Part shown: positions 37,401 to 45,689 of the stretch, piece by piece
Numbering within the stretch: the first letter of the stretch is position 1
Layout of the letters: the number at the start of each line of letters is the position of its first letter
From: Phoronis australis
Taxonomy: Eukaryota; Animalia; Phoronida
NCBI GenBank assembly: GCA_002633005.1
Contig: NMRA01000348.1
Coordinates: 235,065 to 299,064, forward strand
DNA length: 64,000 nt
Direction of reading: 5' to 3'
Program-made: the position numbers and the translations under genes
Notes under the pieces: model-generated
Database searches by the model: none
Seen by the model: only the letters and a program-made list of their open reading frames with translations
What the model was told of the DNA's origin: nothing

Positions 37401-38762
37401 ACCCTCAGGTAATAACACTGTGACCAATTTACGCGTGTAGGTATGGTTTTGTAGCTCTAAAATTGGTGGAACAATCGGAATTGGTTTTACTTTCATGTAT
37501 GTTTTTGCCGGGAAGTCACAGAAGTTCTCGAACCGGATTTCGGGTCAATTCGTACGACAGTGTTTTCACTAGCTCCCAGTTTACATGTACATTGATAAAG
37601 AGCTCTTGGCGGCAATGCCTTTGATTAAGTCGCTTTATGTTCCAGTAAAAGCACATTGAGCGTTGTTTCGGAAACAGTGATTTCCCGTGGGTAATATTTT
37701 TTCTTTCTTTTCCGAAAAAGCGCTCGCAAGTGCATTGTCAGTGTTTGGGTCCTTGTCGGAAATCCCTAATACCACCAGCTAATTTAATGTGTGAGCTTTG
37801 TTTTGTGCTGGAGATTGGAGTGTAAACAGTCACTCATGCCGATAAAGCCTCGTTTTGGCGACTAATTAATGTTTACGGATCCAATATTAAGAGTGAAATG
37901 TAGGGAACATGTATGCAACCTAAAAGAACAGTAACAAATATATGCAACTTGAAAGATGTTTCACTTAATCATTTAACCTAATCAATAAGAACAAACATGG
38001 ACAGCTTGAATCGAACTCGTTGATTTTAATGTATCAAGTAATCAACTGAACAGGTCTACCGTGCTGGAGTTTTGTTGAAATACGTTTTGTATTATAGATG
38101 TAAATAAATATTTCTTCCTATACAGGTGTGTCATGTTCAATCTTAGGTCGTAAGTCTTTTGGAAAGTGCAACACACAGGTCTCCCTGACTCCAGTCTAAA
38201 ACCATTTTTCAACAACAGTTAACTACAATGACGTAACGATTCTCATGATGGCGCTCGGTCCTAACTGCCTTAAACGCCTTGTTACGCACACACGAACAGT
38301 GACAGAAACCAATTTTCCAATTCGAGCTTTTGCTCTCATTTATTCCAGTAAACGGCACGTGGTCTAATTGGGGGAGTTGGACTGCATGCAATGCCACGTG
38401 TGGCGGAAACAAATACCGTAACCGCACAAGGACCTGCACCAACCCGCCACCGGATCCTGGGCGGGGTCTGGACTGTGAAGGGCTCAACACTGAAGAGCAA
38501 TCGTGCCCATCACCGAACGACTGTCCAGGTGAGATTCAAGATTCTAGACAAGAGATGTCACAAATGCACATGTACATGTACTTAAGATACTGTGAACTCC
38601 AATCAAAAGTGTGCGACTTCATACATCTAGGTTGAAAATAAGTCTTAAAGTTGTATGCACATTTAAGAGGATTTGTCTTCATTCATATTTATCGTGTGCT
38701 TTAAAGCGAGATGATAATTAAGTACAGTGATTGAGACTGGTGAAGACAAAGCACATCTGTGA
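10545..38762 (+). CDS. Gene B (spliced, 14 exons, ~831 aa): secreted mosaic protein SP-TSP1-PAN-CTL-FA58C-TSP1-WSC-TSP1-WSC-TSP1
   Basis: Exons 10545-10602, 21662-21868, 22140-22415, 22756-22924, 23520-23743, 25031-25224, 25689-25799, 27133-27271, 28906-29082, 31685-31957, 32511-32672, 33813-34103, 38349-38528, 38728-38762; all GT-AG with compatible phases, sum 2496 nt = 832 codons with no internal stop. Confidence 0.75.
10840..11405. repeat. Degenerate short tandem/inverted repeat blocks (gtaattatttgcggcgtaaa-like), probably MITE remnants
   Basis: Similar ~20-bp units at ~10860-11020 and ~11245-11405, each block closing with a reverse-complement unit. Confidence 0.45.
11691..12560 (-). mobile_element. 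HINE-like element with a long terminal hairpin and an internal tRNA-like segment
   Basis: ~80-bp-arm palindrome 11691-11852 (atagattattacatg...catgtaataatctat); subTIR atttatacc (11851) / ggtataaat (12552). Confidence 0.5.
12395..12472 (+). mobile_element. tRNA-derived SINE head or tRNA pseudogene
   Basis: Pol III A box TGGTGTAGTGG (12406) and B box GGTTCGATTCC (12449) at tRNA-like spacing; acceptor and anticodon stems do not pair well, so not called a functional tRNA. Confidence 0.6.
13650..13955. mobile_element. MITE with CAGGGGCGGAT/ATCCGCCACTG termini and a near-perfect 5-bp TSD
   Basis: Inverted termini; flanks cttgt / cttat; contains a fragment similar to the 6837/7410 MITE end (catatgcgcgcgcccagcc at ~13708). 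Confidence 0.6.
14640..15990 (-). mobile_element. Degenerate non-LTR retrotransposon (CR1/L2-group LINE) with RT and C-terminal remnant
   Basis: SYLSDRT...[18 protein letters not shown]...YADD RT motifs at 15657-15932; [12 protein letters not shown]; KFRHNFSN..CKC...PNVFFECP near 14780-14870; multiple stops and frameshifts. Confidence 0.88.
16295..17025. repeat. Degenerate ~45-bp minisatellite (catgcatagaagcaatgcttataatgtacaaatagagggta) split by a ~120-bp tandem duplication at ~16480-16722
   Basis: Repeated units at 16295-16470 and 16795-17025; tttggtc...tttatctggc is duplicated at ~16503 and ~16623. Confidence 0.7.
18723..18880 (+). pseudogene. Possible decayed C-type lectin exon in gene B intron 1
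   Basis: GCP..(frameshift)..[24 protein letters not shown] resembles CTL CY...TW.EA...C with single-base changes at the two Cys codons; no intact acceptor. Confidence 0.35.
19028..19141 (+). mobile_element. Dispersed repeat, copy 1; resembles the 5' ORF start of Penelope-like elements
   Basis: [29 protein letters not shown]...FN, homologous to the copies at 20613 and 51893(-); followed by microsatellites. Confidence 0.45.
19175..19510. repeat. Compound microsatellites (TACA)n, (CA)n, (CT)n with one ambiguous base
   Basis: Directly visible; N at 19449. Confidence 0.95.
20613..20735 (+). mobile_element. Dispersed repeat, copy 2 (Penelope-like 5' fragment)
   Basis: [40 protein letters not shown]. 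Confidence 0.45.
21270..21465. repeat. Degenerate (CAT)n microsatellite
   Basis: Directly visible; produces spurious His-rich and Ile-rich ORFs. Confidence 0.85.
21662..21868 (+). CDS. Gene B exon, TSP1 repeat
   Basis: ttatgcag / gtactt, phase 1-1; [39 protein letters not shown]. Confidence 0.85.
22140..22415 (+). CDS. Gene B exon, PAN/Apple domain
   Basis: tgttttcag / gtaagt, phase 1-1; [10 protein letters not shown]...[17 protein letters not shown]...CTFH shows the PAN cysteine pattern. Confidence 0.85.
22756..22924 (+). CDS. Gene B exon, C-type lectin domain N-terminal half
   Basis: actag / gtagg, phase 1-2; [13 protein letters not shown]...[21 protein letters not shown]. Confidence 0.85.
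23520..23743 (+). CDS. Gene B exon, C-type lectin domain C-terminal half
   Basis: tctgcag / gtaagt, phase 2-1; FWLSF...YDW...DHCATF...[13 protein letters not shown]. Confidence 0.8.
25031..25224 (+). CDS. Gene B exon, FA58C/discoidin domain part 1
   Basis: tttcgaacag / gtatgt, phase 1-0; [10 protein letters not shown]...RSWCA...DYVEVDL...VTLIATK. Confidence 0.85.
25689..25799 (+). CDS. Gene B exon, FA58C domain part 2
   Basis: tttctcag / gtgagc, phase 0-0; [23 protein letters not shown]. Confidence 0.85.
27133..27271 (+). CDS. Gene B exon, FA58C domain part 3 (not in the ORF track)
   Basis: ccgtttcag / gtaagt, phase 0-1; [43 protein letters not shown] is the canonical discoidin C-terminus. 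Confidence 0.9.
28906..29082 (+). CDS. Gene B exon, TSP1 repeat
   Basis: tttttgtag / gtgggt, phase 1-1; [13 protein letters not shown]...RRRWRNCTG...HCLG...ECP. Confidence 0.85.
29277..30518 (+). mobile_element. Kolobok-like non-autonomous DNA transposon with a frameshifted THAP domain and ~310-bp inverted ends
   Basis: TTAA TSD (29273-29276, 30519-30522), AGGC...GCCT termini; [10 protein letters not shown]...RRFPKD...W and KHF...[14 protein letters not shown] motifs across ORFs 29543 and 29661. Confidence 0.8.
30888..31037. mobile_element. MITE with CATGGGCGG TIRs and 5-bp TSD (TAGAT)
   Basis: catgggcgg ... ccgcccatg; TAGAT at 30883-30887 and 31038-31042. Confidence 0.75.
31685..31957 (+). 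CDS. Gene B exon, WSC domain 1
   Basis: ttcttttccag / gtaaga, phase 1-1; [12 protein letters not shown]...CQSKC...[14 protein letters not shown]...CNMTC...ETCGG. Confidence 0.9.
32511..32672 (+). CDS. Gene B exon, TSP1 repeat
   Basis: atttgaag / gtacgt, phase 1-1; [41 protein letters not shown]. Confidence 0.9.
33813..34103 (+). CDS. Gene B exon, WSC domain 2
   Basis: atttttttag / gtaagt, phase 1-1; [11 protein letters not shown]...[15 protein letters not shown]...CRCGN...[16 protein letters not shown]. Confidence 0.9.
38349..38528 (+). CDS. Gene B exon, TSP1 repeat
   Basis: ttattccag / gtgaga, phase 1-1; [20 protein letters not shown]...[10 protein letters not shown]...DCEG. Confidence 0.9.
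38728..38762 (+). CDS. Putative terminal coding exon of gene B ([11 protein letters not shown])
   Basis: gtacag acceptor, phase 1; homologous to 5107-5141 with a conserved stop position. Confidence 0.55.
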
Positions 38763-40640
38763 TTTCTTTCTAATTTCCTACTTCTGATGCTTTATCGATC
38801 TTGTTGACTGATAAATTGACTGATTGACTGGTCCTGAGTTTTTGCCTGAATCTGGATGCCGGATAGTGTTTGTGTGCCGTGAGGTTTGAAGTAGTATTGT
38901 GAGAATACTTCACTTGTTTTGAACTACTCGTTTTCGACATTTGCTCTTGCGGCCTGAAATGCATACATGTATTTTGCACCATGGTTGACAGTGAGATTCG
39001 ACACTGTGGATAGCTGGTTAATTGAGAAACGTGTTGGAAACGGAGACCGTCAGCAAAGGTATGTTTTATGAACATTAGTCAGAAGTGTTATCATACGTTC
39101 CACACAACTTGTTTTCGACAAATAAACAAATCTCACTTGAGCGAAAGGGCGAAGTCTCTGAGAACATAAACATAACGGTTAGTTTCCGAGATAATTTCTT
39201 TAAACGAATTTGAGAATCCAAGGCGCGCGTGATTTTCATGGCAGCACGCTTTAACACGTCACTAAAGTACAATCCGAGTGTAATTATACTTTCATTATTT
39301 ACATTGGAAAATGAGAAGTAAAATGGGATTATTTTGATTCATGAACCTAGAAATTGTCAGTTTCAATATGATAAAAACGTACCGAGTTTTCTTGTAAGGG
39401 TATCTTTTAATATGGAAACTTTAAAGTTTTTGTGTTTTGGTGATATCTCATGCAGACGTTTGTGGTCTCGCTTTCATCTAAACATGGCAACGCCTTCTAC
39501 ATGCCGGCTTACCAAATAACTACGGTCCGTTGCCTGAGCTTGTTCACGGCGCCTCTCTAGTATTTCTTCATCACTGTATTCCTGTTGGAATTGATAGCCT
39601 GTACAACTTAACCGTTGACGATCCACCTGCGAAGTCGAGACTGATGATCAAGCTCTAGCTCGTCCTAAGTTGGGATTGCGAGTTACCATGTTGGCGTTTT
39701 ACTGGGCGTTCTATTTCAAAATGAATTATTCTCACCCTAACCAATACTTATATAAAACTGAAACAAAGCCTGTCTCATTAGATGCAATTTGTAATGCCTT
39801 TGGAGTGTTCGTGAGTGCTAATGATTTGAGAAGCCAGCAATGGATAAATCACTGCGTTACCGGCTTTAGGTGCAATAAAACTAATTGACGGGACACCGAG
39901 GCCGTGTGAGCTCATGCTAATTTAGTGTCTGCTGGCAGAAACTGTAGTGAAACAACTCGATTTCCATCCCACGACCAGGTGTTAGGGGAATCTTTATTTA
40001 TATTTACATTACTCAAATAATGATTGTCAATGTACAACTTCTGCCCTGACGGCCTGCTGTCGGTGAAAGCGGAACCTGAATTCGCGGCCCCCGACGTGTA
40101 AATAGATTTGCAGTTTCGTGGCTAACTCACCAACTGAACGTAATCACGTGCACATTACTTTGGCTCACTAGTATAGTATTTTCTCGACTGGAAGTTTAGT
40201 TTCCACTGAGCTTTGGCTGGTTTATGTTCGTGATTTCTGATCAGTTTCCGAGCCACTGGCTGGCGGGATAACGAGTCAATCCGGCCCGCCGTGACGGGTC
40301 TGATGGGGCTCCGAACCACTGGCCAGGATAACAAGCGTTTTATGTTTAGAGCTCAAAAAATCACAAGTCTAAACAACACAGATCTTGGTTCTCCTGTCTG
40401 TATCTCACGGAAAATACTTCGAAATTATCTCCAAACACACCCCAAACTCCTGCTACGGACCTTATTGGCCTCCGAACTTTGCAGGCACTGTGGGTTCAAA
40501 TAACAATAAATCTGTAAGAGCGAAATAAAACAACACGTTTTGATAAGAACTCGCTGTATTTTTAAGGGTTTTACATCGAGGTTTTATGATTTATTGGTGT
40601 TAAACGATGACTTCAAGCGATAAGCTGACACCAGTAACCC

Positions 40641-40706
40641 GTGTTGTGAACTGATGAACTACAGACTGCGTGTGAAACCGATGACGTCATTGGATAATTT
40701 CAACAC
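40641..40706 (+). ncRNA. Degenerate type I hammerhead ribozyme-like motif
   Basis: gtgttg..CTGATGA-16 nt-GAAA-ccgatgacgtcattgg hairpin-ATA..caacac; core boxes and stem I/III pairing present, stem II and junction pairs imperfect. Confidence 0.3.
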
Positions 40707-41059
40707 CTCTGTCTGCCGTCAGGTGTCAGGTAACGCAACCGTACGTGTCGTTATGGAGTAGAACTACTCGATCTAAATTGATACAAATTAGGTTGTTTTT
40801 TGGGTTTCATGCTCCTTTAATCGGTTTGGTTTGGCTGTTGTTAGTCGCTTCCCGGTTCGACGGATAGGTTCTTGAGCGGGCTTAATTTCTGTGCTCGACA
40901 TTCCTCTTCCGCGTTGTCTTGAGCATAATTAGTGAACCTGGATGGTTATGGAGGCATGTACATGTACGTGACTTTTTTACAAACTTTCCCCATGTGAAAA
41001 GTACCAAAAACTCTTTCAAAAATATCGTAGTAGAGGTCACTGTAGATAAACTGTCATTG

Positions 41060-42250
41060 TGCTAAACTTTGAAGCCAGCGTATGATCTTCATGCTTTCTC
41101 TAGGTTTATAGCTGAAGATTTGTGCTTCCGCCACAATACATCTCAGAGCCCTAGCGGGTGTTCTAAGGTCTCGTTACACTCTAAAATGTGACTGGGCGTT
41201 TTCAGTAGACATTTCACCTCTATTTTTTGGTCTAGATCCAGATGTCACGCTTGATATCGAAATGTCTCGCTTTTCCAATGCATGTGTGTGTGTTTTTTCA
41301 ATGTTGATAACTACATGTGGTCATTGTGGTACAGCACAAAAGCTTGACCTAGATATAAGCGCGCGTGTGTGTGCGTGCCTCGGGGCAGTGACCATTTGCG
41401 GTATTCACTTATCCTCATTTGCAGGTCGATAAGAAAGGCTGGATCACCTACACACACTGAACAGGGCACCATGTCACTAGTGAATATCATGTTACATGTA
41501 AGTGTCTTTCCCGAGACTCAGAGGACAATCCTGTCGATCGTTTCACAAGTTCTAATAAGAATGCTAGCGAATAGATGGATAAATGTGCAGCCACGAGAGC
41601 AGGCTACACGGCACGTGAACGATACAAGAAGGAGTTAAGTAATTATGCCTGGCCTTTGCCTGGGCTTGGCGTGTGGATTCTAGCTGGCGTTAAGTTCGTT
41701 CCGTCATCATTTCCAATCTTAGAGTGACGTGGCTTCATCGCTTAATTTTCATCGGTTAACTTGCGGAATATGGTAGCAGAAGATATCTCAGAAGACAATT
41801 TCATTTTCTCTCTTCTTAATTTATGTCTGTTCGAACCGACACACAAGTGACGTGCTATCAATTTTCAAATTTGTAGTGGAATCATGCTACGTGAGGCTGT
41901 GTCGAGCTCGGTATTAGATGTATGCATAACCGCTCTCAAGTGTATAAAGCTGCATGTATACATGTATACGGCCTTTGTTACTTCCGATTCTAGTGACGTG
42001 GATATTAGTGACGTACATTCCAGAACAAGTCAACTGGAACCATCTGTTGGAGAGATTGGTAACCAGAATACCTATCGACACGCACCCTATGAGGTATTTG
42101 TAGTGCAGTTTGAAGGTATTTGTCTTAGAAGTCAATATGGCTCGCTGAAAGTTTGTAAATTTGCATTCTTTCTTGTAAAATATTAGTATTGCAAGCGACA
42201 AGAACAACGCGGTTGCAACACAAAAACAGCTCGAACACAACTTTGAAATC
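41060..42250 (+). pseudogene. IYD: Partial 5' duplicate (pseudogene) of IYD: upstream region plus the first two coding exons
   Basis: Colinear similarity to ~50240-51660; MSLVNIMLHVSVFPETQRTILSIVSQVLIRMLANRW at 41471 and ...YRHAPYE|gt at ~42092; exon-1 donor and exon-2 acceptor altered; no catalytic exons follow. Confidence 0.75.
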
Positions 42251-44287
42251 GTTGGGATTTTGAGGAGTTTTTATCAGTAGCATGCACAATCCATAAAATT
42301 TGTGGTGTTATTTTATTTAACATCAAGTCTTAAATGTGCCTTATGGATAGAATTTTCGAAGTCTGTTTTCTGAGTTCTAAGTATAGAGACCATGTCGTAC
42401 ATGGTTTGGTTTCTATAGGCCTATATCATTCTTTAATTGTGGTTAGGTAATTTTGCTGAAATTCAATGAATACAGAATGACCAATGCTAAACAGTCAAAG
42501 CAAGAGAAACACTTTGAATTTCCATATTACAGGCTAACGATTGATGTTTCAGAGGACAAAGCATGCGTTGACATTGGCAATGAATGTAAGTGCAACATAA
42601 CCATTGGGTATACATGAACATTTAAATTATGAGTTATATTATTGTTCAATGCTGACACTGTTAATATATATAGTGGAAATATATCTTGTACTGACTTTTG
42701 GTCTTGATATCTCGGTATACTTCGGAGGTTGCATGGACAGCAGTGAATCTCGAGGATTGAGGCCCTTACAGGATAGAAATCCTTTCGCACTAATAGTCAT
42801 TAGGTCCTGCAAGCTGACTAAAAAAGCATCGCGAGGCGTCGTCAAACGTTATGTGCATAAAACATTTGAATTCGGAAAAAACTGGATTTAACTATGCACA
42901 TACGAGACCTATTATTTATTAGGTCAAGTGCCTTACAGGGGCTAGGTGTTGTGCCCTTTTTGAAATTGCACTGGGCAAGATCATCACGCTTTCTCTTTTT
43001 TGCAGTCCAGCAAGTATCCTTGATGTGGGCATTGCAGATGAAGAGTTTGGAAGGGAGGAAGTTGCAGAAGATAGCATCAATAGGTAGCGCGATGGAGACT
43101 ATGACCACACGTTGTCTACAGGTTTCGGAGGTGTCCACAGGATTCATGATGCAGCTGATATACACTCAGCTTTGGACAATAGCTAATTCATTGTTTTTAT
43201 GACACCCCGTTTCCTTTTCAAATCTCATCACCGTGTCTTGCAAAGAATGTCAGCGGTGTTTTGATTTCTTCTTCTGTTAAAGGCTCAACACTCTCTTTCT
43301 ACCACATTCTCTGAAAGGTGTCACACTTGCTCATTTGGTCACTGCCTTTATTTTTCTCTGAAAATGCATCATTAAAAAAATGATAACCACATGAAAATCT
43401 GTGTAAAATGTAATCATATGGTTCCCAATTTCTTCAAGATTTAACTTCACATAGATTGCTAAGTATAGGAGGTTCTGTTTTTACAAATCATTAATGCTTC
43501 TCTGAAGTAGAGATTTTGATTTTTTCCACGTGTTTGGTATTCATGAAAAAGCACCGGTGTGTCAGCGTGACTGCATAAGTTTGGAGGCCTCTTGAGCTGG
43601 GGTCACTTAAGTCACTATAGTAGCTGTAGCGACTGACCTCTCTTTCCTTCCCCTACCTCCTCTTACGCTTAAACCTCTCCTTGTTCTCCTGGCTCTCCCA
43701 CATATATTACAGGAACAAACAGCCCTTTCAAATTTCACACGAAGTATCAAAGTTCATCAAAACCATGCCTAACATTGGATGTAATTTCTAGACCAATGCA
43801 AATACTTCAAACAGGACTGGTAGTGTGTGAAAAATTCTGTTTGCGACTGCATTCCACTAGCGAATTCTCAGCCCCAATCTTTTGGTCTAAGTTCTTGTCA
43901 GGTTTTACCCTATGGATAGGTGGGCGCTGTCTGTCACTGATCGATACTAATGCCATTTGGATGCAATGGTAGACTGAACACTGGTTCGAGTTAATCACTT
44001 TATTAATCTTGACTGTATGCTCACAAGTGCATTCAAACGAAGTGTACAAGGTAATTTATGTTGTATGATCAAAGTCTTTACTTGTGAATCACTTTCAGCA
44101 CCTGCTACAATTGTTGGTTCAATAGCATGCTACTTTTAACGGCTGAATTGTTAGAAAAATTCTGTGCGATTGACACTGTGCAGTGGCTGTTGTTACAGCC
44201 AATGAATAACTCTAAGGCAGTACCTTGACGTTCTGTTATTTTCTCTTCTGGAATTATAATTATATGGACCGCGGACGGTAAAATAAA

Positions 44288-45620
44288 TTATTACTCTGCG
44301 CGTGTAAGCGCAGAGTACTGTTGTTCCTGGGTTTTCTTCAATTTTATTCTTATTACTCTGCGCGTGTAAGCGCAGAGTACTGTTGTTCCTGGGTTTTCTT
44401 TAATTTTATTCTTATTCTTCTTATTATTCTTCTTATTCTTCTTCTTATTCTTCTTCCGACCAACTTTGAGGCTTAATAACTGCAAATTGGGTGCAGGTAC
44501 GGTCTTTAAATTCAGCATATGACTTTTGACAGTATATAGATTTTGATTGGTTATATAATCATATTCCATATTGCACCGGAAGAGGTCGTTTGGTGCAAAG
44601 GTCATATAATTTTCAAAATGCTACTCCTCCTTCAGTTTTAAAGCTATCTTTTTCAAATTCGTTGCACAGGTATAAGTCAACTTGACAATTTGAAAAAATA
44701 CTTTTCTAAGTAATCGGGTCATCAAATCGGGTGAAACGGGTCAAAGGTCATTAGGTGCAAACTAAAATTTTGAGCTAGACACCTCAAATTGACAGGTCTG
44801 ATTGCCACAGATAAATCAAACCGGAATCCAAAGTTTCAGGTCATTTAGTGCAAACATGGGGTCATTAGGTGCATTTTTTTCTGAAAATTTGACCTTTTCA
44901 ATCAGCAAGTATTCTGATGTGTCAACCCTTAGACAACTGTGATTCTCAGCGTTAAACACATTTTCCTTGGGCTTTGCAATAATTCTCCTAAAGATGCTTA
45001 AAATGCACCGGATAAGGTCAATTAGTGCAAAGGTCAGGTAACGTTCAAAATGTTATATGTCTTAGGTTTTTCAAGGACTTCTTTTCAATTTCAGCACACT
45101 GGTGTAAGTCAACATGCCAATTGAATACCCTACTTTACTTTGCAATAGGCATAACCAATCAGAAAAATAGGTCAAAGGTCATTGAGTGCACACTAAAATT
45201 TTAAGCTACAGACTTCAGAATTACGTATCTGTTTACTAAGTGCGATTGAGTATGAATTCTAAATTTTCAGGTCATTTGGTGCACCCATGGGGTCATTAGG
45301 TGCATTTTTCTTCTGAAAGTTTGACCACTTCATTCATCTTCTATTCTGAAGTACTTAAAGTAAAACATCAGTGATTATTAGCATTAACCACACTTTTAAG
45401 CGAGTTTACAATTACTCCCTCATCGGGGCTCATCATGCACCGGAAGAGGTCAATTAATGGAAAGGTCATCAAAAAATTAATATGTAATTTCTCCTACAAT
45501 TTTAAAGAATTCTTTTTCATATAGGTACACGAGTTGCTGTCAGTAACTTCTCAAGATAATTCCAGTAATACGCACGCACAGAGTCCGTTATTGTCACGCC
45601 GTGACAATAATCTTTCTAGT
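44288..45620 (+). mobile_element. HINE/DINE-like element containing ~430-bp satellite-like units
   Basis: 5' ttattactctgcgcg (duplicated 62-bp head), (TTC/TTA)n tract, tgcaccgga..ggtca units at ~44572, 45004, 45437, 3' subTIR gcacagagt, hairpin ttattgtcacg/cgtgacaataa, terminal ctagtt. Confidence 0.75.
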
Positions 45621-45689
45621 TTGCTATTAATTTTGCTGCAATTTCTGATGTTTTTATGGGAGCCAATTAGCTGGAAGTTGACGTGTAAT

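Noticed and set aside
41425-41432. G-R-stop as terminal exon of gene B
   Set aside because: This acceptor belongs to the duplicated IYD 5'UTR; the exon at 38728 is supported by paralog conservation
42520-44050. Coding-like minus-strand sequence, possible viral or TE relic
   Set aside because: Fragmented frames with no convincing Walker, RT or integrase motifs
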